A stretch of DNA of 64,000 nucleotides, taken from positions 85,684,001-85,748,000 of the forward strand of contig NC_043003.1 of NCBI RefSeq assembly GCF_006345805.1, read 5' to 3'. The position numbers were made by a program, and so were the translations under genes. Below are positions 1 to 13,100 of the stretch, piece after piece. The notes under the pieces were generated by a model. That model made no database searches. It saw nothing but the letters and a program-made list of their open reading frames with translations, and was not told the origin of the DNA. Source of the DNA: Octopus sinensis (lineage: Eukaryota). How positions within the stretch are numbered: position 1 is the first letter of the stretch; each line of letters starts with the position of its first letter.

Positions 1-36
1 CATCAGTCTAATCTGTCATATTTTGTGTCTTGTTAG

Positions 37-186
37 GATAACCATATTCCTTATAGGAACAGCAAGCTCACTTATCTGCTACAGAACTCTCTTGGTGGAA
101 ACAGCAAAACTCTTATGTTTGTGAATGTCTCACCTAAAGAAGACAACTATCAGGAAACCTTGAATTCTCTTCGCTTTGCAACAGTG
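37..186 (+). CDS. KIFC1: Penultimate coding exon of a C-terminal-motor kinesin (kinesin-14, KIFC1/Ncd-like)
   Basis: ttag|GAT...GTG|gtaagt splice sites; 150 nt open frame [50 protein letters not shown], the conserved end of the kinesin motor domain. Confidence 0.9.
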
Positions 187-383
187 GTAAGTAAACAACA
201 TAATCATGTTGGGTGGTTTTTATCTGGAATTAGTATTTTCTCTTGTAAGAGAAAACCGTACGCTTTAACAATTTAAAATCTGACCCTTTAGCATTCAGAT
301 TTCCTTGTCAAATGTATTGCCTATTTATTCACTTTGTTTTGAATTAATCACACATTATTTTGTAGCTTCAAGATTTCAATGGT

Positions 384-480
384 ATCATCATCGTTTAACG
401 TCCGTTCTCCATGCTAGCATGGGTTGGACGGTTCGACCGGGGATCTGGGAAGCTAGAAGGCTGCACCAGGCTCCAGTCTT
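384..480 (-). mobile_element. RTE-tailed retroposon, 3' fragment
   Basis: (CAT)n-cgtttaacgtccgttctccatgctagcatgggttggacgg, shared with the longer copies. Confidence 0.7.
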
Positions 481-548
481 ATATTTTTAGAATGACATTG
501 TAGGGTTAGTTTAAAAAAAAAAAGCTGGTAGAATATTTGGGTTGGATA

Positions 549-952
549 CATCATCATCATCATCGTTTAGTGTCTGCTTTCCATACTAGCATGGGTTGGA
601 CGGTTCAACTGGGGTCTGGGAAGCCAGAAGGCTGCACCAGGCCCAGTCTGATCTGGCAATGTTTCTATGGCTGGATGCCCTTCCTAATGCCAACTACTCA
701 GTGAGTGTAGTGGGTGCTTTTTACGTGCCAGATGAGGCTGGCAAACGGCCAAGATCGGTTGGTGCTTTTTACGTGCCACCGGCATGGAGGCCAGGCGAGG
801 CTGGCAACGACCACGATTGGATGGTGCTTTTTACATGCCACCGGCACAGAGGCCAGTCGGGGCGGCGTTGGCAACGGCCATGTTCGGATGGTTCTCTTAT
901 GTGCCACCGGCACTGGTATCATAGCTACAATTTCCATTGATGTTGATCAATT
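549..952 (-). mobile_element. RTE-tailed retroposon with internal ~60-bp minisatellite
   Basis: Family present 8 times in the window; ggttggcgttaggaagggcatccagc motif and (GAT)n tail resemble RTE-clade 3' ends. Confidence 0.75.
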
Positions 953-1887
953 TCGATAATTTTTTTTTTTTTTTTGGGATTAAATGCTAAGGGTTAAACC
1001 AGCCATATCCAAGCCTAAGATTTCATCTGTTTTATGTTCAAACTGACCAGATCTATTCTCTCACGTATTCTTTAATGTTGTTTAAAAATAAGCTATCATA
1101 CCATGAAAATATTGAAGCATGATTAAATTCATAACGATGTTAGTAAATGTGCATTACATTGGACATAGTAATCTGCTTGCTAAAGGGTTAATATAACTTT
1201 TCTGACTCCTACTAATATCTTTAAACAATTTACACTAAACTTCATATTTAGTATATATTTTATAAGTACTCTCTCTCACATACACACACACACTCACACA
1301 AAATTACATAACAGTAATGGAAGAAGCTTTCTAGAGTCAAATGGCAGTCAATTTCCCTCAAGTCAGCTTTAAAAAAAAAACATAAGGCATGCTTGAACAG
1401 TTTAGTTCTAGACATGCAAAATAGACTGCATGGTTGTTGAGGCTGAATTTTCTTTAATCATACGTTTGCTTTACAATAACTAATATCAATATATGTGAAG
1501 TGTATGGCTGTGTGGTTAAGAAGTTTGCTTTCCAACCAAATGGTTTCAAGTTCAATCCCACTGGTCTTCAAGTATTTTCTATTATATAGCCCTGGGTCAA
1601 CCAGAGCATTGCTGATTAGGCAGACGGAAACTGGAAAAGGCTCAGTGTGTGTATATGAATGAGTGTGTATACATTTGCATCCACACACAGATGCACGAAT
1701 ATATACACAGTGACATGGTTCTGTGATTAAGAAATTTGTACCTCAACCACAGAGTTTCCGCTTCAGTTACTCTGTGGCACCTTGAGCAAGTAATTTTCAA
1801 CATAAGCTTGATCCTTGTGGAAAGATTTGTCAGTTTAAAAATGAAAGCTCATTGTGTATAAATGTTTGCATGTATACATATATATAT

Positions 1888-2425
1888 ATCATCATGATCA
1901 TCATCATTTAACGTCCGCTTTCCGTGCTAGCATGGGTTGGACGGTTTGACTGAGGGCTTGCGAACCAGATGGCTGCACCAGGCTCCAGTCTTGATCTGGC
2001 AGAGTTTCTACAGCTGGATGCCCTTACTAATGCCAACCACTCCAAGAGTGTAGTGAGTGCTTTTACGTGCCACTGGCACGGGGGCCAGTCAGGCGGTACT
2101 GGCAATGACCTCACTCGAATCTTTTTACACATGCCAGCAGCACAGGTGCCAGTAAGGCGATGCTGGTGACGATCCTGCTCGAATGGTGCCTCCTGCATGC
2201 CACCGGCACGGAAGCCAGTTAGCTGCTCTGGCAATGATCACGCTCGATTGGTGCTCTTTGCACCCTACTAGCACGGGGCACAAGTGCCAGTAAGGCGAAG
2301 CTGGTAACGATCACACTCGAATGGTGCCTTTTATATGCCACTGGCACGGAAGCCGGTTAGCCGCTCTGTCAACAATCATGCTCGTATGGTGCTCATGCCC
2401 GTCATCGAATTTCATTTTGATTTTG

Positions 2426-2427
<2 letters not shown>
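1888..2427 (-). mobile_element. RTE-tailed retroposon with internal minisatellite (diverged units)
   Basis: Same 3' end; repeated gccaccggcacg...atggtgc units; atcaaaatcaaaat at the 5' end. Confidence 0.7.
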
Positions 2428-2458
<31 letters not shown>

Positions 2459-2460
2459 TA

Positions 2461-2755
2461 AGGAGCACTCCGTTGGTTACGACAACAAGGGTCCCAGCTG
2501 ATATGATCAACGGAACAGCTTGCTCGTGAAATTAACGTGCTAGTGGCTGGGCATTCCACAGACACGTATACCCTTAACGTAGTTCGCAAGGAGATTCAGC
2601 GTCACACAGAATGTGACAAGGCTGACCCTTTTTGAAATACAGGTACTATTCATTTTTGCCAGCTGAGTGGAGCAACGTGAAATAAAGTGTCTTGCTCAAG
2701 GACTCAATCCATCGCTGGGAATCGAACTCACAACCTTACGATCATGAGCCGAATT
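2461..2755 (-). mobile_element. tRNA-derived SINE, family C
   Basis: Shares cagacacgtgtacccttaacgt...gattcagcgtgacacaga body with 33586-33852 and 39598-39978. Confidence 0.7.
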
Positions 2756-2984
2756 TAGTCTTACTCATGTAGGTGTGAAAAAAGTGGATGTTAAAACAAT
2801 GTTGATGACGTTGCTCTGTCACTGTCTGAAGTGGAATGTTTGTCTAAGGGGAGATAATTCTGGATAGAAATTTGAACCCTTTTAACCTTCAGATTACTTT
2901 ACCAGGTTTAATGCTTATTTATTTACATTGTTTTGAATTAATCATAGCTTATATCATTGAAATCTTGAGATTCCAAAGGTGTGG

Positions 2985-3430
2985 AGTGCCGGTGGCACAT
3001 AAGAGAACCATCCGAACGTGGCCATTGCCAGCGCCGCCCCGACTACCTCCGTGCCAGTGGAACGTAAAAAGCACCATCCGATTGTGGCCGTTGCCAGCCT
3101 CGCCTGGCCTCCGTGCTGGTGGTACGTAAAATGCACCATCTGATTGTGGCTGTTGCCAGCCTCCCCTGGCCTCCGTGCCGGTGGCACATAAAAAGCACCA
3201 TTCGATCGTGGCTGTTTGCCAGCCTCGTCTGGCACCTGTGCCGGTGGCACATAAAAAGCACCCACTACACTCATGGAGTGGTTGGTGTTAGGAAGGGCAT
3301 CCAGCCGTAGAAACATTGCCAGATCAGACTGGGCCTGGTGCAGCCTTCTGGCTTCCCAGACCCCAGTTGAACTGTCCAACCCATGCCAGCATGGAAAGCG
3401 GACGCTAAACGATGATAAACGATGAATGAT
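2985..3430 (+). mobile_element. RTE-tailed retroposon with ~5 minisatellite units
   Basis: Tandem units followed by ggttggtgttaggaagggcatccagcc...ggaaagcggacgctaaacgatgat tail. Confidence 0.75.
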
Positions 3431-4359
3431 ATTGAACGGTAGATATGATCTGGTTAGTTTGAACACAAAACAGGTGGCATATTTGATCTGGTTATGGATA
3501 ATACTAACAAGTTAAATAGTGTGTAGTGGGTTATGTGAAGCACACCTTGAAATATTTTATAAGAATTTTGGGTTTGGAATCTAGTTGTGTTAAATTCATC
3601 CTTAATTTTTGTGGATAAAATTCGAAAATTCCTGTTTCCTTTTCTTGCATTATTGTAATTCATACTTCTTTGTGAACATTTCAATTTTATGAATGCTTCA
3701 ATTTTATCCAATTCTGAAAAATGTTTTAGCAGTGATTTCAGAAAGAAAAAATATTTACCATGTAAAAATAATTTTCTCTTGATTATGGTATTTTATCATG
3801 CATTATGACAGTTTTAGGAAAATGTATTGAAAGTAAGAAACAGTGACATAAAATAGGAAAATAAAAGAGCAGTTATAAAATATAAATGCATAAACAAATG
3901 GGAAATCAAAATCTTAAAGGCAAAAAATATTTAGTATATTTTTGGTTTGTTGTGTGGCTGAAAGCAATCTATTGACGTTTCTCTGGTATGTGCTAAAGCC
4001 AGTAATTGCTTTAAATTGCATAACATATTTAAGTAATTTTTGCAGGTTATTTACAATGTGTTACAGAATGTTTACACTGGTTGGAAAGCCTATTTTGCCT
4101 TCCTCTCTACCTTTTTGCATATTGATGTGAAATTTCCAAGAAACTGTAAATCAATTTCATAAAAAATTCCAGTTGCTTTTGTTTACACTTCCCGTGTTTT
4201 TTTTCTTCTTTTTTTGACGAAAAAATTTTTTAATATATGCATTAACAATTTATAAATTGTTAATGCAACCCTTGTATAACTGACATAAATCATTTGTAAA
4301 AAAAAGAATGTTTATCGCTACCATTTTCTGCGTAGATGTTAACTATATCATCGAAGTCA

Positions 4360-4784
4360 GGGAGCCTTTTTTTAAAATGAGCATGTCACAAATGCATAAC
4401 CCTGCCGTTTTTTCTAGCGGTGTCATATGAAATTGTCACCCATAATTATGACCCCTAGAATCGATCTATTGCATTTCAATCTCTTTTAGATTTAGGGTTA
4501 GTTAGGGTTAAGGGTGGGGGAAGGGTATCTTTTCTTCACAAATGTAAATAAACCCAATGTGTTTCTTAAACGAGGGACATATTCATACGGCGCAGAATGC
4601 TTTTTAACTCAATAGACGCCATTGAAGAAATTGCAGACCAAATATCTTACAAACTATAGAATTTTCTCAATAAAGCCAAGAGAAAAAGATGTTTTATAAA
4701 CGCATTCTACCAGTATACGCAGTTTAAAATTTTTTAGTTACCTAGAAATTATGTTAAAAACTGCCGTTCAAACCGAAAAGATCC
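4360..4784. mobile_element. Merlin-like MITE copy with a damaged left end
   Basis: Nearly colinear with 21110-21519; right TIR aaaactgccgttcaaaccgaaaagatcc intact. Confidence 0.65.
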
Positions 4785-5574
4785 CTGGTCTGTTTGAACA
4801 TTCAACAAGGTAGAACATTTGGGCTGGATATGGCTGATTTAAATGGTTAGGGGTTAAGATGCACATTCTACAAACAGGAAAATAGTTACTGAAAACCAAA
4901 CCACAGAAACATATGAACACTCATTTTTATACTGGAAACTCACTAGTTTCCCATCTAATTCCAGTATTGTACTTTGGTGTACCAGTCTTTCTTTGTTTGC
5001 AGTACTTTGTGTTCACTTTCAGTATATAAAATGTGAACATCACTTCCTGTTTTGTCTTCAGCTTCAAAACTTCTATACTCATCCACTGATTTTCAGAATT
5101 CATTTGATAAAATTCCTGTTGTTACTCATTAGGAAATTCTAATTCCTACTGTAATTCTTTAACACTATAGCATTCAGATTTCTTTGTCAAATGTTATGCT
5201 TCTTTATTCACATTGTTTTGAATTAATTATGTAGCTTTGAGATTTCAACAATGTAATTGTATATTTTTAGAATGGCATTGTAGGGTAGGTATGAGATACC
5301 AGATCTGGCCAATTTGAATATGAATATGTTAAAGAGTACTGGCTGAGGAGCTCAGATCCAGCGGTGGCTTATATCCATTTGGCCAGGACTGACTACTAAC
5401 CTAAATAATACTGAATGTAAAGAGCTGTGAGAAATACTGTATAGCATTTTGTTCAATGTTCTAATGAGTCTACTATATCTCCAGAGTAAATTTTGTAATT
5501 CCATATTGTCATATTCTAAATCTTTGCATATCCACTCTCTTCAGACTGCCACTTGTTTCTAGAATAAAAAACCC

Positions 5575-5790
5575 ATCATTATCATCGTAATTTAAATGTA
5601 CATGTTCTATGCTGGCATGGATTGGATGGTTTGACCAGATCTGATGGGTCCAAGATCTGTATCATGCTCCAGTGTCTGCTTCGACATGGTTTCTCTGGTT
5701 GGAGGTCCTATTCAGCACTAACCACTTTACAGAATGTACTGGGTGCTTTTTTTTTTCATACTGCTAGCACTAGTGAGGTTGCCATGCTGC
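5575..5790 (-). mobile_element. Decayed RTE-tailed retroposon
   Basis: catcattatcatcg...ctatgctggcatggattggatgg...ctgggtgctttt similarity to the family. Confidence 0.5.
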
Positions 5791-6587
5791 TTGCAAGTCT
5801 ACAACCCCAAGAGAATGGCTAAGAGATGATGGATTAAAATACATGTAGAGAGACCAGAGTAGAACCGGCTTCTTGCTAGAGTTGTTACATGACTTTGCAT
5901 ACTGATTATAATAAAGAAAGCATCACTTCATAGTTACTGTATCATTTGTTTGGTTTTCTATGAAAGCATGTTTGGGTTGTTCATTGTTTGATGAAGTGGG
6001 GGTAATTGTTACCTTATTTGGAAACAGTTGAGGATTGGCTACAGAAAGGGTATCCTGCCTCAACAGAGTCTCATCTGACCCATGTAAGCATTGAAAAGTA
6101 GACATAAAAAAATGACAAATATGATGATCTATTGCACATATCAGCTCCTTTGTTTTGATATTCCTGTTGAAAACACTCTTGCAATTAATTTTTTAAATAA
6201 TCAAAAATTTAGTTAAATAATTTTTATTATTTAGCTGGTCTTTGGCACACAAAGTAACATCAAATTTTGATGGAAAATTTTAATTTAGATCACTTTAGAA
6301 AAGAAGTTTCTGTCAAAGAATTGGGGTATTCTTTGGTAGGCTGAAATGAAAAGTCCATTTTAGTTATTCTACTTTTTAGATGTAGGAGTACAGCTATTTT
6401 TCTATTTTTTTTTTGTTTTACAAAAATTGAAGCATTTGTAGGTGTTTCATTAGAAATCTCCATCTCCTTTGAGTACAAGGAGTTAGGCAGCATAATCTGT
6501 TTTTCACATCACAGAAAAAAAAAATCCTTTATCAAAAATGTAAATCTAAATGAAATACTGAATCTTTTTGTTTTATTTTTTTTTCAG

Positions 6588-6632
6588 GTAAATAATTGCA
6601 ACATTGGCACTGCTCAGAAGAAAGTGAAATAG
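6588..6632 (+). CDS. KIFC1: Terminal coding exon of the same kinesin (VNNCNIGTAQKKVK*)
   Basis: Poly-T tract + cag acceptor, phase 0 matching the upstream exon; stop 14 codons later puts the motor at the C-terminus, as in kinesin-14. Confidence 0.85.
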   Translation, partial: VNNCNIGTAQKKVK

Positions 6633-6777
6633 AAGAATTTTTATTTTGTTAGGACTATTGTGTGTGTATGTATGTGTAGGTGTGTGTGTGAGTGCATGTG
6701 TAATGAATTGCATGCAAATTTCTTATTTCTCGCTTTTCTAAATCTATAAATATCCTATTTTTAGGCAGTCTGCAAGA

Positions 6778-6783
6778 AATAAA
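6778..6783 (+). promoter_or_regulatory. Candidate polyadenylation signal (AATAAA) of the kinesin 3' UTR; a second candidate lies at 6986-6991
   Basis: Canonical hexamers 146 and 354 nt after the stop codon; usage not verifiable. Confidence 0.4.
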
Positions 6784-7745
6784 AACTACAACAATGGTTT
6801 TAAGAATTCATTGTCATTTAGTCATCATCTGTCTGTATTGTTAAAGACCTGTTTGTCATCATTTACTTCTTAACAGTGACTTTATTTACTTGTGAAATGA
6901 AATTCATCTCACATCCTCACCTCTGTACCATAGCACAACCCTAAATATTTTATGTATGTATTCAGGAAATATATCTTTTTTGTTAAATAAACGTTGTTAC
7001 TGTAATTTTGATTGTAACAAAATTATGTGTAGTAATGGCACCTGTGAATATTTCACAGAATTAATGGTAAACTTATTGGGTTATTTCTGAAAACTTTATC
7101 CAAAAAACCTGGAAGTGTAGCCTGTGTTGTGTCTGTACCAAAAGATTGTCACTCATCTGCTAATCATTGAAAAGTGAAGAAAATTGGAATAGGATGATTA
7201 CTTAATGCACTTTATATACTTTTTGCACAATTTTATAGACTTAACACACAACACTCTCACTCTTTGCATTACCCTCTTTTTCTCTCTCCTTTTCCTTTCA
7301 CTCTTTGTCTTTCCCTTTAACTAATCATTCGAAAGTGTTAAAGATGGGCTAAGTAACGGAGGAAAAAAACTTGGTTAAAAAAGATTTCACATTTCCCTCG
7401 CCACCACCTCTCCTTCTCCCCTCCCGTTCCTCCCCTCGTGGAAGTGTTACGGATGGGCTAAGTAAAGGAGTGACAAGTAGAATTATAAGATGTTGATTCA
7501 TTTCTAACTTTCTCTTTAATGTGAATGGCCATAAAGCTCCCCTACAACTCGAAATGTGGAGTAGATAAAGTAGTGGACAACTGATGAAGGGATTGTTCTT
7601 TATGTTGCCTGTTTCGTTTTTCTATTTGATTCTTTCGTTTTTCAAAAAAAAGTTCGTTTTTCATGTTGTTTACGCTTTTTGACATCCTGTACGCATATAT
7701 GCATGTGTATATACATATATATCTAAGTATGTACATGTATGTATG

Positions 7746-7878
7746 TATCATCATCATCATCATCGTTTAACGTCCGCCTTCCATGCTAGCATGGGTTGGC
7801 CGATTTTGACTGAAGGCTGGTGAGCCAGATGGCTGCACCAGGCTCCAATCTTGATCTGGCAAGATTGGAGCCTGGTGT
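7746..7878 (-). mobile_element. RTE-tailed retroposon, 3' fragment
   Basis: (CAT)n cgtttaacgtccgccttccatgctagcatggg. Confidence 0.7.
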
Positions 7879-8550
7879 ATGTATATATATATGCACACAC
7901 ACACACACATATATATGTAAAGTGTGTGGAGTCCGAATTCTTGTTTTAGGGTTGATATATATATGTATATTTCCTAATTGGGAGATACTTTTGACTTTAT
8001 GGGTTCGAATATCAAAGAGTATTAACAAAATGATAAATGATCCAGGTTTAGTAACTTTCAAAACTGTCAGTTATAACCTGCGAAACAACACACATGACTG
8101 TATGTATGTATATATATATATATATATATATACACATGTATATAAATATGTGTATATATGTATATATATATGTGTATATATATGTATATATATATATATG
8201 TGTGTATATATATATATATGTATGTATATATCTATCTATCTACTTATTATATACGGTTTTATTATTTTTGCAATTTACTTAATCTTTAGATTTTATTGTT
8301 ATTTTAATTTTAACTTTTCTATTATATGTAATTTTCTAGATGGTGTAATTTAATTGTTCATTTTGAAGTGATAAAAGGTGGTTTTTTTTCTAATTTTTTA
8401 TATATATATTATATTGTGTGAAATTTGATTTAGTATTTCTAAATTGAATTTTTTTCCTTGTAAGTTTGGATTTTATTCCCTCAAATAATAATTATATGTT
8501 TATATATTTGTTGTGCAAGATTTTTTATGTGAAGTCATGTGTTGAAACGG

Positions 8551-8867
8551 ATATTGTTATATTTTGGAATGGTCATTTTGCCAGTTTAGCCAATAAAAAC
8601 ACACGCACTATATATTTGGTGTTACTTTGCTTCAGTGTTATTTATTTTTCAGTGGTCCTTTGTTTTCTTCTTTCTTATTTGTGTCTCTCCTTACCAACCG
8701 TCAGCCATTTTGTATTTTCAAATACAAAATGGCTGACGGTTAGTAAGAAGAAAACAAAGGACCATTGAAAAATAAATAACACTGAAGCAAAGTAACACCA
8801 AATATATAGTGCGTGTGTTTTTATTGGCTAAACTGGCAAAATGACCATTCCGAAATATAACAATAAT
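8551..8867. repeat. Long fold-back palindrome (arms ~8551-8717 and 8720-8867)
   Basis: Arms are near-perfect reverse complements around a 2-nt spacer; the left arm carries an extra ~20-nt segment. Confidence 0.9.
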
Positions 8868-8879
8868 TATGTGTATATG

Positions 8880-9141
8880 CCAGCATCGCCTGGCCCCGTG
8901 CCGGTGAGACGTAAAAGCACCATCCGTTCGTGGCCGTTCGCCAGCTCTGTCTGGCACCTGTGCAGGTGGCATGTAAAAAACACCCACTACACTCGCGGAG
9001 TGGTTGGCGTTAGGAAGGGCATTCAGCCGTAGAAACACTGCCAGATCTGACTGGGCCTGACGAAGCCTTCCAGCTTCACAGACCCCAGCTGACCCGTCCA
9101 ACCCATGCTAGCATGGAAAGCGGACGCTAAATGATGATGAT
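8880..9141 (+). mobile_element. RTE-tailed retroposon (5'-truncated)
   Basis: Family 3' end with (GAT)n tail running into the microsatellite. Confidence 0.75.
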
Positions 9142-9510
9142 GTGTATATATATTATATATATATACATATATATATATATGTGTGTGTGTATATATATAT
9201 ATGTGTGTGTGTGTGTATATATGTGTGTGTGTGTATATATATATGTGTGTGTGTATATATGTGTGTGTGTATATATATATGTGTGTGTGTGTGTATATAT
9301 ATATGTGTGTGTGTATGTATGTGTGTGTATATATGTGTGTGTGTATATATGTGTGTGTGTATATATGTGTGTGTGTATATATGTGTGTATGTGTGTGTGT
9401 GTATGTATGTGTGTGTGTGTGTGTGTGTATATATGTGTGTATGTATATATATATATATATTGTGTGTGTGTGTATGTATGTGTGTGTGTGTATATATGTG
9501 TGTGTGTATA

Positions 9511-9587
<77 letters not shown>

Positions 9588-9809
9588 GTGTATGTATATA
9601 TATATATATGTGTGTGTGTATATATGTGTGTATATATGTGTGTGTGTGTGTATATATGTGTATGTATATGTGTGTATATATGTGTATGTATATGTGTATA
9701 TATATATATATGTGTGTGTATATGTATATATGTGTATATGTATGTGTGTGTGTATATGTATATATGTGTATATGTATGTATGTGTGTGTATGTATGTGTA
9801 TGTATATGC

Positions 9810-9872
<63 letters not shown>

Positions 9873-9879
9873 TATATAA
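9142..9879. repeat. Compound (GT)n/(AT)n microsatellite, ~740 bp
   Basis: Direct inspection; source of the spurious 245-306 aa ORFs. Confidence 0.95.
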
Positions 9880-10115
9880 ATACAAAATGGGGCAAGAACG
9901 GAAAACATTCAAATAGACGATGCAAAAAGCACGGACGGGTCATTCGTAGCCTCTAATCTTTAGTCAAGAACCGGATCATCCTCGCAATTTCGGCTGATTA
10001 ATCTTGAGATTGCTCCGATTTGGCCAGCCTCAAGGAAAAACTAAGCTACGAACATTAGATTTCTTGGAAAAAGGATCGAACGTATACGAAACAAGGACAG
10101 AAAAACGGACGATGT
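9880..10115 (-). mobile_element. Short interspersed fragment between TA tracts, possibly PLE-derived
   Basis: Minus strand has GGCTG...CAGCC-GAAA, a hammerhead stem II-like relic; no intact CUGANGA. Confidence 0.35.
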
Positions 10116-10169
10116 TACACGATGTATATATGTATGTGTATATGTATATATGTATATGTATATATGCAT

Positions 10170-13100
10170 GGCACAAAAGATTGTACAGCAGCTAACCTGG
10201 TTGCATCAAACTCAAACTCACAGATGGGACTATCCACAATACACAAGACCACCACAGCTAATAGACCCAAGGTGGACACCACTGGCAACAACACACACAT
10301 CACCTCGATGCTCCTACTGAACATCAGAGGACTGCTAATACTCAGTAACAGGACAAAAATCCCTTTCTTGAGAGTCCTTGTTGCATGCAATCAAGCCTTA
10401 TGCATAGCACTTACGGAAACACCTGAAACCGGATATAGCAGATGCGGAAATACACATACCACAGTATGTTGTATTACGGAGTGACAGAAAAGAAAAGAAT
10501 CATGGTGGAGTTGCTATGTACATCCGCGAGGACCTCACACCCCAGGTCCTTTTGTCATACTTAAATTTGGTGTGTAACACACTAATTGTACATATAAGGC
10601 AACTCGGTGTAGTTATATGTGCTACATATCGTCCTCCAGATGCTCCAAGTCAATTTAAGCAAGTTTGAAGACTGCCTTACAAAAATAGAAGTTCTAGTCA
10701 CATTAGAACAACACATGTGTATTTCTTATGGGAGACTTCAATCTGCCCAATGTCAGATGGCCAGAGGGCCTTTCTCTCCCAGGAATGACACGATGCGAAC
10801 GAGGACAGGCGAGGTCCCTCCTGAACCTCATCAACACTCTGTACATGGAGCAAATAATACTCCAACCAACCAGGGCAGGTAACATACTGGATCTCTGCTT
10901 CACAAATAATATGGATCTCATCCATAATGTGAAAGTGACACCGACACTACTCTCAGATCACAACATGGTAGAGTTGACCATGTACGGGCCAAAGGAAAGC
11001 ATGGACATGCAGCCTACAAGAAACTCTCAGGATCTTTCCAGCTTGAACTTTCATAAGGCAAACTGGAAACAAATTGAGAAAGAGATCCTCAAACAAAACT
11101 AGCCTGAATGTCTCTCCTCGCCAGACATCGACATGAAACTTCAACAATTCATGTCTGTAATGCAAACCATATGCTACAAATGTGTTCCAGAGAGAAAGGC
11201 CACTGTACACAAGAACAAAATCCCCAGAGAGGGGAAAATTCTAATGAGACGGCGTACTAAAGTTTCAAATCGTCTAAACAAACAAATTGAAAGCAGTGAA
11301 AAGTCCTGCCTGAAAATAAAACTGCTGGAAATTGAAAAATGTCTGCAACTCTCCCATGAAAAAGAAAGAGCAGACAAATAAGCCTGGGCTATAGACAACA
11401 TAAAATCTAACCCCATAGCTTTCTACAAGTTTGCCAAAGAAACAGCTACGGTGCACTGTAGGATAGGGCCACTCCTTGAAAAAGATGGTACACTCACAGG
11501 AAATCCAATGAGGATAAGTGAAATACTAAATGAGCAATTCAAAAGTATTTTCACTCCACCCCTCGTGCATTTTCAAGTCAGCAATCCCACTGACTTCTTT
11601 ACCACTGCAGATATAAAATCAGAGGCAACGATGATTGATTGCATCAATATAAAGGAAGACGATGTAATAAGGGCTATAGATGAAATGAGCCCAAACTCAG
11701 CTACTGGCCCTGATGGATTCCCAGCAATCCTTCTAAAAGTATGTAAGAGAGTCCTAGCAAGACCACTGCAGTTCCTCTTTCAGAGTTTCCTTGCAACTGG
11801 CAAACTTCCAAGAATACTGAAGGAGGGTAAAATATGCCCTATTCATAAAGGAGGTAGCAGAGCGGAGGCCAAGAACTACAGACCTATCTCTCTGACCTTA
11901 CACATCAGCAAGGTCATGGAACGAATAGTCAGAAGGAAACTAATTGCCTTGAAGAAAATAACTTGCTGCCTGACACCCAACATGGTTTCCGACCAGGAAG
12001 AAGCTGCTTAACTCAGCTCCTACAACACTATGACTGGGTGCTGAAGCAACTGCTCAACCACTCAAATGTGGAAGTGATATATCTCGACTTTGCAAAGGCC
12101 TTTCATAAAGTGGATCATGGAATGATATGTCACAAACTGCGTGATCTTGGCATAGTTAGAAAATTGGGAGAATGGCTTCATGACTTTCTGAAGGATAGAA
12201 GTCAGGTGGTAGTAGCCAATGGGGCCACCTCCAATAACACGCAAATAGTGAGCGGTGTTCCGCAAGGCACTGATTTGGGACCACTGCTGTTCATAACGGC
12301 CCCCTCAGCCACGATCGCAAGTTATGCAGATGATACAATAGTTTCACAGATAATACAGAACCCTGAAGACACTATGCACCTGCAACGTGAGCTGGACAAA
12401 ATATACAAGTGGGCTGAAAAGAATAGCATGCAGTTCAATGCTGAAAAGTTTCAAGATTTATGCTATCAGCATGCAAAACTAAATGCAATACCCAATAAAT
12501 ACACTGGACCTGGAGGGATTGCAATCCCAGAGGCACAATCAGTGCAAGACCTGGGTATTTACATGCGTAATGATGCAAAATTTCATGTGCATGTTGCTAA
12601 AATGGCAATGAAATGTAGGCGGCTGACCGGATGGATTCTTAGAGCTTTTAGAACAAGAGACCAGGAAACCATGATGGTTCTCTGGAGGACACTTGTCCTA
12701 AGCCACTTTGACTATTGCTCTCAGCTATGGTCACCAACCAGTGTCAAATTAATCACAGAACTTGAGGCGATCCAATGAAGCTACACGAAGATAGCCTCTG
12801 TGCAGCATATAAGCTATTGGGAAAGACTCAAGAGATTAAGACTCTATTCCTTAGAGCGTAGTCGAGAAAGATATGTCATAATATACATCTGGAAGATCCT
12901 GGAAGGACTTGTCCTAAACTTTGGCATCGAGAGTTACACAAATACTAGAACTGGGGGCCACTGCATAGTGCCAAGGACTCCAAATTTGCCATCAAGATGT
13001 AGGACAAGATACTGTGATAGCCTGGGACAGGTCTTCAATATCCTCCCGAAGGACCTGAGAGACCTGCATGGGGTGGATGCAGACGTCTTTAAAATAAAAC

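Noticed and set aside
2985-3300. CRISPR-like repeat-spacer pattern
   Set aside because: The variable parts are homologous diverged units of one minisatellite inside a dispersed retroposon; eukaryotic context and no cas genes
9023-9956. Long ORFs (245-306 aa) and similar I/Y/H/T/C/V/M-rich ORFs across the window
   Set aside because: They are translations of (AT)n, (GT)n and (ATGT)n microsatellites, which lack stop codons by composition
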